A stretch of DNA of 54,907 nucleotides from a virus: positions 1 to 54,907 of IMG/VR virus record IMGVR_UViG_3300014208_000009; one strand, 5' to 3'. Below are positions 1 to 8,641 of the stretch, in pieces; the first letter of the stretch is position 1, and each line of letters starts with the position of its first letter. A program made the position numbers and the translations under genes. The notes under the pieces were generated by a model. It was not told the origin of the DNA. It saw only the letters and a program-made list of their open reading frames with translations, and searched no databases.

Positions 1-123
1 ATCCCGGCACGCTTAGATTGCTCGATCTCATTTAGGATTAAATTCTCATCCCTGATGTTTAGTTTGCGCCCGTAGTAGATTTCACAACCCTTATAAATGT
101 CTTTGTAGATCATTTTACCGATG
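1..123. repeat. Terminal direct repeat copy 1 (circular-closure overlap)
   Basis: nt 1..123 are base-for-base identical to nt 54785..54907. The repeat lies inside one continuous minus-strand ORF. Confidence 0.95.
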
Positions 124-1409
124 GCATCCGTCAAGAAAGATTCAACGGCTTCTATGTTGTCGAGTATCGAGGAAATCTTATCTTCGAGCGGCTTAATGTT
201 AAGAACGATCTCCGTAGCGGTCTGGATCGAAGATTTAGCCAGTGCCTTTGCGATCCCTGTTCCTGAATATAAAATGGTGCTTTCAAGTGCGTCTAATTCT
301 TTTGCTTGGTGTTCGAGTATTTCCGTAGGCGGAACGATATACTGTCCGACACTCCCTGGATCGTAGGCTTTGCCTTGTTTATCAAGTTCTGGAATGATAA
401 CCACTTCCGAAGCGTTCCGAATGACTACCGCCCCGTTTCCGTTACAACGTGGACAATTTACTTCTTGTCGTTCGGCGTTCATTATCTTTCCTTTGGAACA
501 AGCATAGCCTTCCGGGGAGATATAGTTACATTTCGTTCCCTTTATTGCTAAGATAGGATAGGCGTGCTGAACCTCCGAAGAAACGTGCTCGGCATGACGG
601 GTCATGTAATCGTTTAACTGAGGTTGGACCTGGTGAATGCACGAAGTCTTGATATTGTCGTTTAAAGTAGAATACAGAAGATCCCCGATTTGAATAGCCG
701 GGACATATCCTAAGACATTATAGATAACTTTGTTTTCGGGGTCTAATTTGACGTCGAGGTTCTCTATATAATATATTGCGTCCTTTTCGTCATCGAGTAC
801 CCTAAAGAGTGTTTGGGTGATGTTTTCTTTTCCGACTGTCCGGCTTCCGTAGTTTAAAATTAAATACTCTACCTTACGTCCGTTCTGCTTGAAGTCATGG
901 ACATCCTCGATAGCTTTAAAGATGATATACGGCTTGGGAGTTTCTTTTGACGGTATTCCGTCTTTAATGATTCCCTGTTCGGTCTTGGCCGGGTTTTCTA
1001 CAAGTGCGAACCCGTTGAAGTCGGTATAGATGGCATCGTTCATCCAGTAGGCGTAATCTTCTATCGAACTGTTCTTCCAAACCGTTTCAAGAAGTTTACG
1101 AAAGTCGGATTCGATCTCGATTTTATCCCCGAAGCGATAAGTCTTTCTTGTTCCCTGGGTATTTTTCCACCGGGAGAGTTCGTCTTTTATTTTCTTGGTC
1201 AGGAACAGCGTTACGGGCTGGCGTAGTTCACGGGTCAATCCGAACTCAACGGCTCGTTCTTTACCCATCGTTCGTGCCAAAGCATCTTTATACCCCTCGC
1301 CCGTAACGTGAACCTTCATTTCATCCTGAAGTTTTTTCCCCTCATGGATGTCATCGGCACGTTCGGGACGTAAAATTCGTTCCTTAATTTGTTCGTCCGT
1401 CAGTGTCAT
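1..1409 (-). CDS. Portal protein candidate, N-terminal ~469 codons. The ORF runs off the left edge and continues at 54784 once the overlap is removed (~604 aa in total).
   Basis: Open minus-strand frame from the ATG at 1409..1407 to nt 1. The ATG is ATGA-coupled to the upstream stop. It is absent from the track because there is no stop at this edge. It lies between TerL and scaffold/MCP and has a portal-like size. It carries a C-x9-C-x14-CPRC insert at about 450..535. Confidence 0.6.
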   Translation of the reverse strand, partial: MTLTDEQIKERILRPERADDIHEGKKLQDEMKVHVTGEGYKDALARTMGKERAVEFGLTRELRQPVTLFLTKKIKDELSRWKNTQGTRKTYRFGDKIEIESDFRKLLETVWKNSSIEDYAYWMNDAIYTDFNGFALVENPAKTEQGIIKDGIPSKETPKPYIIFKAIEDVHDFKQNGRKVEYLILNYGSRTVGKENITQTLFRVLDDEKDAIYYIENLDVKLDPENKVIYNVLGYVPAIQIGDLLYSTLNDNIKTSCIHQVQPQLNDYMTRHAEHVSSEVQHAYPILAIKGTKCNYISPEGYACSKGKIMNAERQEVNCPRCNGNGAVVIRNASEVVIIPELDKQGKAYDPGSVGQYIVPPTEILEHQAKELDALESTILYSGTGIAKALAKSSIQTATEIVLNIKPLEDKISSILDNIEAVESFLTDAIGKMIYKDIYKGCEIYYGRKLNIRDENLILNEIEQSKRAG

Positions 1410-1990
1410 CAGTTCGTCAGATCAAGATACGTTAAATCTAGAGCTGCGCCCGTAGTGGTAGCAGCCAGTTTTACCCACTTAAACTCGAAAGGAATTTTCG
1501 CTCTTCCCCCGTAGCCTTCATGAATCCAATCTGAAATGTAGTTCGGAATGGTGAAGCCCGTAAGCCCGCCAAAGCACCAACCTTTGTTAGTGACGTACCA
1601 CATTTTCAGACGTTTGTAGCAATTCAGCCTTTCAATATCGTTCAAAGTGGTCAGATTGAACCAAACGATATTACCACTGATACCCGCAGTTTCGGAAATG
1701 ACTTCGGGTAGGTTGTCCGGTGTGTCCGCACCCGTGATCTCTTGCCGTTCGGATGGCATCTTCACCCCATTGGCGATGTCGGAAATGATAAAAATATCAC
1801 TCCCGGCAGTCGTAAATTCGGCAACCGTAGGAACCAGGTTGTCCGAAGCAAAGGAAAAGACGGTCGCAGGATCGGCAAGTATCAGCATAGACGGAAAACC
1901 GAAATCCACCGATGCACAACTTGTCGGAAACGCACTGGCGTCAATCCAAGTAGTACATTGGGTAGAACAGACTATATCTGCCATAATCAT
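1409..1990 (-). CDS. Hypothetical protein (193 aa) between TerL and portal
   Basis: ATG at 1990; the stop overlaps the portal ATG. No motif recognised. Confidence 0.6.
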   Translation of the reverse strand: MIMADIVCSTQCTTWIDASAFPTSCASVDFGFPSMLILADPATVFSFASDNLVPTVAEFTTAGSDIFIISDIANGVKMPSERQEITGADTPDNLPEVISETAGISGNIVWFNLTTLNDIERLNCYKRLKMWYVTNKGWCFGGLTGFTIPNYISDWIHEGYGGRAKIPFEFKWVKLAATTTGAALDLTYLDLTN

Positions 1991-2070
1991 TCAAATTAAG
2001 ATCGACCAAGATCATAAACCTGAATCCAAAGATACGCTAAATTATTTTGATGTGTCAATAGGGGGTAAAG

Positions 2071-2105
2071 CAAAGGGGCGAACCTGAGAAGATAACGCCC
2101 CTTTG
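2071..2105 (-). promoter_or_regulatory. Stable stem-loop in the leader of ORF 1409..1990
   Basis: Perfect 10-bp inverted repeat caaaggggcg / cgcccctttg with a 15-nt loop. No U-tract follows on either strand. Confidence 0.5.
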
Positions 2106-2139
2106 AACCCTAAAAACAACATCTGAAAGCAAAGTAGGA

Positions 2140-2170
2140 CAAATATAGCAAAGTTTTTTAGAATTGCAAA
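2140..2170 (-). promoter_or_regulatory. Bacteroidota-type promoter (-33 TTTG, -7 TATATTTG)
   Basis: The minus strand reads TTTG-N19-TATATTTG (plus-strand caaa at 2167..2170 and caaatata at 2140..2147). It sits in the 187-nt gap upstream of ORF 1409..1990. Confidence 0.5.
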
Positions 2171-2177
2171 CTAAATT

Positions 2178-2456
2178 TCATCTTTTCCACTTACCACCCC
2201 TGCAACCCGATTTATCTGAACTCCTGACCAGAGCGATGATCGGGCAACCGCAAATTCCGCATTTCTTCCCATGCTTTTTCGACAAGGCAAAATGATTCAG
2301 GTGTTCACAGGTACGACAGGCTTCACCACGTTCAAGTGCTATTTCCTGATTAAGCGGATCGTGAAACGCAATCCTGTACCATGCCGGAACAATGGTTCCG
2401 AAAACGTGCTCAATGGTTAAATCTTCTTTAAGCATATCACAAGTATAAACATCCAT
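2178..2456 (-). CDS. Cys-rich putative zinc-binding protein (92 aa)
   Basis: ATG at 2456, overlapping the TerL 3' end by 20 nt. Contains CRTCEH...KKCGICGCP cysteine clusters. Confidence 0.6.
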   Translation of the reverse strand: MDVYTCDMLKEDLTIEHVFGTIVPAWYRIAFHDPLNQEIALERGEACRTCEHLNHFALSKKHGKKCGICGCPIIALVRSSDKSGCRGGKWKR

Positions 2457-4890
2457 CCGATATAATTGGCAACATTCTAAAGGTAATCATATCCAAAAAG
2501 TCAGGACTACGCCCCAGGTTTTCCCTGATCTCGCTTTTGGGTAGCGTATAGTATTTCATGTCGTTATCTGCGTTCTTGCGCCTTAGCCATTCTAATTCTT
2601 GTGCAATCGTATCACGGTGTTCATCCGGTCGGATATAAATTTTGCCCTGATTCATGTATTCACTAAGCCAATATCCTAATTGACTTTTCAAATTTCCAAA
2701 ATTTTCCTTCTCCGATTCAACATAAACCGGAGGCGAATTGTTTACGATTCCGTTTGCCCCGTCAAGGTAATCAAGAACCCCACCATTATGAACCCAAAAA
2801 CTTCTTTCGTCCGGCATCATTACCATAAAAAGTTTTGATTCACCTGAAATATGTAGGTTAATCACATCACCAAATCGTTCAGACATAGCCCCACCACGAA
2901 TACCAATAGCATGATCTTTATATTCAGCGATTAGAAAACAGTCCGTTGTTCTTGTGATTTCTCTACCATGAATAGTACTTTTGCTTCCTGCTTTGTGTTT
3001 AATCCGTATGGTTGCATATTTTCCGATCTTAAAAATCATTTCCAATAAGTCTTCAGCCAATCCCCGACTTGATGTTATATAGCACCTATTTCCGCAATGG
3101 ATATACCCATCACCTTTTCGGTAGGCATCAAGAAAAGCATCAATGACTTCTTTAGTTCCATTCTTAATCAATTTTGGAACCCGTATATGAATAGCGTCCC
3201 GTTTACCGGGGTAACATTCTGATTCTATAAATTCCCTTATGTTCTTGTTTCCGAATTGAAACATGATTTCACCTGCCTTGCTGATCTTTTCGTATGAACT
3301 AAATCCACAAGCCTTGATTACGTCACGGATTTCCTGAACGTCATCACTTTTTACAGACTGAGTTATACAAATATACTTTTCATCCAAATTTCCTTCTGAA
3401 ACATACCAACCCATGAACCTGGCAAAGTCAATATCGGAAAGATCAACACCGTTCTTTATGATTTGAAATCCTCCATGCGGTTGCTTCTTTAAAGTGTTTT
3501 CCCGTATGAACCTAAAAGGTGTGCCTTCCCACTTTGATTTATTATCAAGAATAATCCATTTCAGTTTTAGGGTATCTTCCCAATTCCGAACAAACGAAGG
3601 ATGGTTTAACCTTGTTCTGGATGGCAACAAATGACCTTCGCTAAATTCGTAGCCGTCTCTGGATTGAAGAATATTTGCTTTTCTGTTTTCGATAGAGATT
3701 ATTTTCTCCGTACAAAGAAAATCATTTTGCTTTGAAAATATCTCGTCACCCGGTTTTAGTTCAGACCCCATGATCCAACCGTTCGGGGTAAATACTTTTG
3801 TTTCAGGTGTTATACAACCTACGCCGTCCTGATCTAAATAGACATTATGGATATGAACCTGATGTCTTTTCATGGCATCTTTTATCATTTCAACCGCTTC
3901 GGGGATTGAGTTTTTATCTTTCGTATAGATATATTCAAGCCGAAGTCCGTTCCAAACCCCAATAACTGTTTTATCCCTTCCTTGACGGGCAATGTCGGCA
4001 GTAATTATTCGTTCTCCACCGGGGACTTGAGTATAAAAACAGTTTTGAATGGCATCGTATTCGATCAGGTTCCAGTCGTCAGTATCGTATTCCCATGATC
4101 CTTCAAGTAATCGTTCCCGGTTTGTTCCGGTCAGTCCTTCAAGATTTTCAAGATAAGACGATTGGGTATATTTGTTGTCTTTGGCAAGGACTTGGATAAA
4201 TTTCTTGTTCGGAGGAAGCGTGCCGTCTTTCCAGGGTTTATAAAAGTCCTGATATAACCATCCTTTTGTCGGGTTACAAGTCATTAACATTTTAGGCACA
4301 AGTCCTTTGGTATAATTCCCACAAGAACACTTCCAGCGACCGTTCTCATCTAAGGGAACGGTTCTTGGTTGGGCGCATTTTGGACAGAAATTGTCCAATT
4401 TGTACCTTATCCTTGACCGGATGATCTCACGGGCTTTGGCTGAAATCTGGCTTGCCTCATCAACCCCCGCTCCGGTTATCTCTAAAGACCCTAATGAATC
4501 GAAGTCGGGATCGGACGGATAAGAAAAAAGGTCTTTCAGAAGAATGATTGACCCCCCGTATTCCTTGTTGAAGGAAATCACATTGCTTTTAGAATTGTAC
4601 CGAAAGTGTGTTTCGGGTTCGATGTGCCATTGTTGACAGACATCAAAAAAGGTAACTAAAGTGGTTTCCTGTAAGGATTTAAGTTTAGACCGACCCATCA
4701 GCCAACGGGTTCCGGGGTAACGAAGACAGGAAATAATCAACCAAGCACACATAGTAAAGCTCTTCGACCCGCCAGCCCCGCCTCCGAATACTAAGTCTGT
4801 GACGATTTCGTCTAACAGGTATTTCATAGCCAACCCCTGTTTTGGATTGGACTTAAAGTCAGCCGTTATGTTGATTGCCTGTGGTTTCAT
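2437..4890 (-). CDS. terL: Terminase large subunit interrupted by an intein (817 aa precursor)
   Basis: P-loop-like VFGGGAGGSKS and Walker-B-like ITGAGVDEAS. Nuclease motifs IITADIARQGRD and YLDQDGVG/GGVLDYL, the second split by a 344-aa insert. Extra Cys4 insert CPKC-x14-CSC at about 4321..4386. Confidence 0.9.
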   Translation of the reverse strand: MKPQAINITADFKSNPKQGLAMKYLLDEIVTDLVFGGGAGGSKSFTMCAWLIISCLRYPGTRWLMGRSKLKSLQETTLVTFFDVCQQWHIEPETHFRYNSKSNVISFNKEYGGSIILLKDLFSYPSDPDFDSLGSLEITGAGVDEASQISAKAREIIRSRIRYKLDNFCPKCAQPRTVPLDENGRWKCSCGNYTKGLVPKMLMTCNPTKGWLYQDFYKPWKDGTLPPNKKFIQVLAKDNKYTQSSYLENLEGLTGTNRERLLEGSWEYDTDDWNLIEYDAIQNCFYTQVPGGERIITADIARQGRDKTVIGVWNGLRLEYIYTKDKNSIPEAVEMIKDAMKRHQVHIHNVYLDQDGVGCITPETKVFTPNGWIMGSELKPGDEIFSKQNDFLCTEKIISIENRKANILQSRDGYEFSEGHLLPSRTRLNHPSFVRNWEDTLKLKWIILDNKSKWEGTPFRFIRENTLKKQPHGGFQIIKNGVDLSDIDFARFMGWYVSEGNLDEKYICITQSVKSDDVQEIRDVIKACGFSSYEKISKAGEIMFQFGNKNIREFIESECYPGKRDAIHIRVPKLIKNGTKEVIDAFLDAYRKGDGYIHCGNRCYITSSRGLAEDLLEMIFKIGKYATIRIKHKAGSKSTIHGREITRTTDCFLIAEYKDHAIGIRGGAMSERFGDVINLHISGESKLFMVMMPDERSFWVHNGGVLDYLDGANGIVNNSPPVYVESEKENFGNLKSQLGYWLSEYMNQGKIYIRPDEHRDTIAQELEWLRRKNADNDMKYYTLPKSEIRENLGRSPDFLDMITFRMLPIISDGCLYL
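2785..3816 (-). mobile_element. Intein with double-motif LAGLIDADG homing endonuclease (TerL aa 359-702)
   Basis: Starts CITPETKVFTPNGW (Hint block A). Contains SEGH (block B-like), FMGWYVSEGNL and FLDAYRKGDGY (two LAGLIDADG motifs). Ends SFWVHN (block G). It sits inside a conserved nuclease motif. The +1 residue is Gly (codon ggt at 2782..2784). Confidence 0.85.
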
Positions 4891-5045
4891 TCATTATACC
4901 AACATACTGTGTAAACAGAATCTTCGCCATAATCACCGTCAAAATCCCATTCATATTTTTTATGGCAATTAGGGCATTCTCCACTAACCCCTTCTTCGAC
5001 TTCAAATTCTGTATCACAAAACAAACATACCCAATTATATTTCAT
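4887..5045 (-). CDS. Small zinc-ribbon protein (52 aa)
   Basis: My own translation: MKYNWVCLFCDTEFEVEEGVSGECPNCHKKYEW... with CxxC-x13-CxxC. It is ATGA-coupled at both ends, to the 5042 stop and to the TerL ATG. It is below the track size cutoff. Confidence 0.55.
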   Translation of the reverse strand: MKYNWVCLFCDTEFEVEEGVSGECPNCHKKYEWDFDGDYGEDSVYTVCWYNE

Positions 5046-6421
5046 TGGAACAACTTTTTTAGGTCAAACTTACTGTTCTCGAAAATACGGATGGCCTTGT
5101 TTGCCAATTCTTCAGTCCGAAAGAGTGGGTAAATGGAATCTCCTGTTACCAGACAGATTTCAAAATAGCCATGCACATAATCATCAACTCCTTTATCTCT
5201 GTTAGGCATGATAGCATAGCCACGATTCCGCAAATCACCACAGTTCAGTTTATAGGCTACTGACTGAAGAAGGCCGTACAAAAGGACTTTATAGGCAATG
5301 GCTTCAGTAGGCATTAGATTTCCTGATATAGTGGCCCATCCACTCAGTTTCATATAGAACCTATTATCCTTTATACAATCTTCTAATGTAAGTTCCTTTT
5401 CGATCTCGGTGATCTTGTACTTTTTGCCATCGGCTTCTACCTGCATGGCTTTCAAATCAAGTTTAATGTTCATATTGATTTTGTTTATAATGTTTCGTAT
5501 TGTTTTTCCCATTTCCGCAGCCGATACGGGTTTAAAGTTAAATCCCATTGAGCCATCTAATGTAACCTTGAGTGTAGGATTGTCAAAACAATTTAAGCAA
5601 CCCTTGTGGTCACAATGTAAATAGTATTCGCAGCCCTTTACGGTTTTCATACCGGGTTTTGGATTATGAAATAGTCCGTAATAAATATTACCCCCAAGTG
5701 GGCTGAAATCAATAGAACTAATCATTTCACCCGGATTACTCGTTACTACACCTCCCGTCTTGAATGCCGGACTATACCAATCCATAAAACAGTCAGGGCT
5801 ACGGGTGGGTGATTGATTTCGGTTGCAAAGGTAGCAATGATATGGACGATTCCGGCAGGAATTAGTAAAGCCACACTTGACCTCATGTATTTCAACTTTC
5901 GGTTCTGTGTCAAACGGAGGATTAAATATAGTACTGCCCGTTGCAATTTCAGGATGCAACGATTCGTACAAATGGTTGATAAGCCGTCTTTGCTTGTGGC
6001 TGAACACAACTTTCGTGTTTAAGTCACCGGATAACTGTTTGATTTTCTTTGCCATCACCCCAGCGGACTTTCCTTCGCCACAACGAGACAACTCCCATAA
6101 CCTGTAAAGATCCACCCTAAGATCATTCTTCTGATCGTTGTGGATTTCAAAACAGGCATTAAAAATATCCCCAACTGTCATTGGAGTACTGATTATTGCA
6201 TCATTCAACAAATACAATATATCATCAATGGATTGAATATAATGCTTATCAAACCATTTCAGTATGGGGATGTAGTCAATCGGTGGAACACACCATGCCG
6301 TACAATGCTCTAACACATTTAGTCCCTGACCCCCGAAAGCGTCAAACACCCTATCTACCTCGTTCTTTGAATAAAGTGTTGTAGTATAAGCCGTTCTGCG
6401 TTGTTCGTCTATACTTTTCAT
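5042..6421 (-). CDS. Hypothetical Cys/His-rich protein (~459 aa from the first ATG)
   Basis: The track start at 6448 is TTG. The first ATG (MKSIDEQ) is at 6421. It is translationally coupled to the zinc-ribbon ORF and TerL. No family recognised. Confidence 0.7.
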   Translation of the reverse strand: MKSIDEQRRTAYTTTLYSKNEVDRVFDAFGGQGLNVLEHCTAWCVPPIDYIPILKWFDKHYIQSIDDILYLLNDAIISTPMTVGDIFNACFEIHNDQKNDLRVDLYRLWELSRCGEGKSAGVMAKKIKQLSGDLNTKVVFSHKQRRLINHLYESLHPEIATGSTIFNPPFDTEPKVEIHEVKCGFTNSCRNRPYHCYLCNRNQSPTRSPDCFMDWYSPAFKTGGVVTSNPGEMISSIDFSPLGGNIYYGLFHNPKPGMKTVKGCEYYLHCDHKGCLNCFDNPTLKVTLDGSMGFNFKPVSAAEMGKTIRNIINKINMNIKLDLKAMQVEADGKKYKITEIEKELTLEDCIKDNRFYMKLSGWATISGNLMPTEAIAYKVLLYGLLQSVAYKLNCGDLRNRGYAIMPNRDKGVDDYVHGYFEICLVTGDSIYPLFRTEELANKAIRIFENSKFDLKKLFQ

Positions 6422-6526
6422 TTTTTGTAAGTTATTGTCCAGTCCCAATACGCATTTCTGCGGATAAACTCCATTAAATCGCTGACCAGGACTTCGCCGT
6501 TCAGGATCAAAGTCTTGCTTTTACAG

Positions 6527-6808
6527 TCAATCGTGATGTTCATTTCTCCATTTTTTAAATTCATGTGTAGTCATTCGCTTTAAGTTCCCAAGAGCCATTT
6601 GACACTTTTCTAACTCTTCCGATTTTTCTTTCAGCATTTCGGCCAGAGCCTTTACGGCTACATCATCGGTTTGGATGATGGTGTTCATCAATAGATTATG
6701 CCTTACGACCGTTGCGGGTCTTGGGTCGTCCAATTTCTTTTCCAATTCTTTTTCGGCATCCAATAATTCGTGATACCGTTCTAATGGCAAACAGACTGTG
6801 TTTTTCAT
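6527..6808 (-). CDS. Hypothetical coiled-coil protein (93 aa)
   Basis: ATG at 6808, ATGA-coupled to the upstream stop. Confidence 0.6.
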   Translation of the reverse strand: MKNTVCLPLERYHELLDAEKELEKKLDDPRPATVVRHNLLMNTIIQTDDVAVKALAEMLKEKSEELEKCQMALGNLKRMTTHEFKKWRNEHHD

Positions 6809-7194
6809 TTTAGTTCTATTTTTCGTTTTTTAAGTTCGGGAAATATCTTGTTCAAAATCTCAGCTTGTGTCCGGCAAAGGATCTCGTGATTCGTCCGGTC
6901 GAAGTAAATATCGTAGTGATCTAAAATATCAATCGAGGCATGCAGGGCTTCATGGATCAACGTAGTTAAAGAAGTTTCACGGGTAATAATAATACTTTGA
7001 TAACAAGACCCTTCGGAATAGACCTGAAAAGTCGAACCGTTGCTCGATGATTTTTCCTCCGCTTCGATAAAATCTTCCAAAGGTTCGCCAATCTTCTTGG
7101 CCCAGTATTTCAGTCCAATTAGGACGGTGTCGGCAATAATGACCCGCATGACCCCGGGAAGGAACTCGGTGAACTCAATCGGGAAAGTTATCAT
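6805..7194 (-). CDS. Small HExxH protein, putative minimal metallopeptidase (129 aa)
   Basis: Contains the HEALH motif (LIHEALHASIDIL). ATG at 7194. Confidence 0.4.
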   Translation of the reverse strand: MITFPIEFTEFLPGVMRVIIADTVLIGLKYWAKKIGEPLEDFIEAEEKSSSNGSTFQVYSEGSCYQSIIITRETSLTTLIHEALHASIDILDHYDIYFDRTNHEILCRTQAEILNKIFPELKKRKIELK

Positions 7195-7202
7195 TTCTTA
7201 AT

Positions 7203-7421
7203 TCATACTAATTTACAATCACCAAACATAACCCAAACAGGATCATTGTCATTATCTTTAACAAGAAAACAACTATCACTTGCATTGATGTAAATTACAT
7301 CATATTTCATATCCTTGTAAAAAGAACCATATTTAGGCTTTACATCAATATTGGTTATTTGAATTGGGATTAACTGCATCCCTTCTTGAACCGTTGTATT
7401 AGAAACCGGAAGTATTATCAT
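7203..7421 (-). CDS. Hypothetical protein (72 aa)
   Basis: ATG start and tight spacing on the coding strand. Confidence 0.5.
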   Translation of the reverse strand: MIILPVSNTTVQEGMQLIPIQITNIDVKPKYGSFYKDMKYDVIYINASDSCFLVKDNDNDPVWVMFGDCKLV

Positions 7422-7430
7422 GGTGTTACC

Positions 7431-7910
7431 TTAATTAAATTCAACAATTCCTTGTTCCTTACACCAACGATCCCAAAAATCTTCCCAAGTGGCTTTGCGC
7501 TTCTTAATCATGCAGATTTTAGTACGGCTTATGTTGATTTTTATCCCTTCTGCTTTGGGTCTGGTGTATCGTATTGAATCGCCTATGTAGAGAAGATTTG
7601 AAGCATTTGTATAGACAATGTGATCGTCCCAATATTTAAGCGTTGCATGCCCGTAATCCATACCGTACTTGTATGAATTACAAGCAACCTTATTCCATAC
7701 CGTATCAACAGGCGCTTGTGAATACGAAACGGTTTTCCCGTTCATCGTGACTGGCACAAGCTCGCAGTTAATCATACCGGATTGGTCAACCGAATCGGCT
7801 ACCAATTCATTACAATCTTTCAGATACTTTTCCCATTCCTGAAAAAGTGATTGGCTATTGACTGCATTTGCCATCAAAATAACTAATACTAAAACGATTA
7901 CTTTTTTCAT
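7431..7910 (-). CDS. Secreted hypothetical protein (159 aa)
   Basis: N-terminus MKKVIVLVLVILMANAVNSQ looks like a Sec signal peptide. Confidence 0.6.
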   Translation of the reverse strand: MKKVIVLVLVILMANAVNSQSLFQEWEKYLKDCNELVADSVDQSGMINCELVPVTMNGKTVSYSQAPVDTVWNKVACNSYKYGMDYGHATLKYWDDHIVYTNASNLLYIGDSIRYTRPKAEGIKINISRTKICMIKKRKATWEDFWDRWCKEQGIVEFN

Positions 7911-7949
7911 TGTTGTCTGATTAAATTAGTGGTTATACTTTTTTGGTTT

Positions 7950-8384
7950 TCATCTTGTGATTCTATCGTACAAAACTATACTTCCGGCAACACTCACATT
8001 CAAACTTCGTTCACCGGGCAATTTGATAATTTGGTGGCATTGACCTAAAACCTCTTTACTGATACCATAATCTTCAGCTCCCAAAAGATAGCAAGCCCGT
8101 TCGGGATGCGTAAAATCTTTAAGTAGTCTGGCTTTGTCATCCATTTCGATAGCAACTAACTGACAATTATAAGGCAGATGAGAACGAAAATCCTCAAACG
8201 TCTGATATTCAAAGACCGGAATATGCCTAAAGGATTTCCCGGTATCAGATGCCATCGTCTTAAATCTTCGCCCGATCAGGAATAGAAAATCAGCATTAAA
8301 AACCTGAGCCGTCCTAAAGAGTGTTCCGTAGTTCAGATCAGTTTTCATGTTGATGCACCCAATTCCAAAGTACCCGTTTTTCAT
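7950..8384 (-). CDS. SPOUT (SpoU/TrmH-family) RNA 2'-O-methyltransferase-like protein
   Basis: All three SpoU motifs are visible: NYGTLFRTAQVFNA, YLLGAEDYGIS and IKLPGERSLNVSVAGSIVLYD. Confidence 0.8.
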   Translation of the reverse strand: MKNGYFGIGCINMKTDLNYGTLFRTAQVFNADFLFLIGRRFKTMASDTGKSFRHIPVFEYQTFEDFRSHLPYNCQLVAIEMDDKARLLKDFTHPERACYLLGAEDYGISKEVLGQCHQIIKLPGERSLNVSVAGSIVLYDRITR

Positions 8385-8385
8385 T

Positions 8386-8598
8386 TTAAAATTCTTGTTT
8401 CTTTATAAATGGCGTAGGGTTCTTGCCTCCCCTCCGGCTCTTGACTACCTCGAATTTGCAAAGAATCCAGCCAGCATCCTCCCAGTACGGAAGCCGGGAT
8501 CGAAGGGTGTCGTCACTTACCCCTATCCTTTCGGCCAGACAAACCAAATCACCCGATACCGCCTCTTTCCCGCACTTGTTAATCAGTACATATTTCAT
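8386..8598 (-). CDS. Small hypothetical protein (70 aa), possible DNA-binding protein
   Basis: ATG at 8598 with a promoter-like motif 44 nt upstream. Basic C-terminus. Confidence 0.5.
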   Translation of the reverse strand: MKYVLINKCGKEAVSGDLVCLAERIGVSDDTLRSRLPYWEDAGWILCKFEVVKSRRGGKNPTPFIKKQEF

Positions 8599-8641
8599 AA
8601 TTCGTTGTTCCGTGACACAATAAACCGTAAACTTTCGTCAT

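Noticed and set aside
1-123. The 123-nt terminal repeat as a physical DTR, LTR or transposon end
   Set aside because: It lies in the middle of the portal-candidate ORF, which reads straight through the junction. An assembly overlap of a circular or permuted genome is the simpler explanation. Reads could still prove otherwise.
1647-2087. Plus-strand ORFs throughout the track (for example 1647..2087, 8347..8718, 20477..20914, 39867..40163, 43450..43824, 52477..52881, 54124..54501)
   Set aside because: All of them lie antisense to longer, motif-supported or tightly coupled minus-strand genes. Their composition is low-complexity or odd, and none has promoter-like context.
2737-2787. Alternative intein C-terminal junction at GIVNN|S, which would supply a Ser at +1
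   Set aside because: It would delete GGVLDYLDGANGIVNN from the mature TerL and so destroy the conserved D-x-x-G-V-G-G-G-V-x-D-x-L nuclease motif. It also lacks the His-Asn block G that is present 16 residues upstream (VHN).
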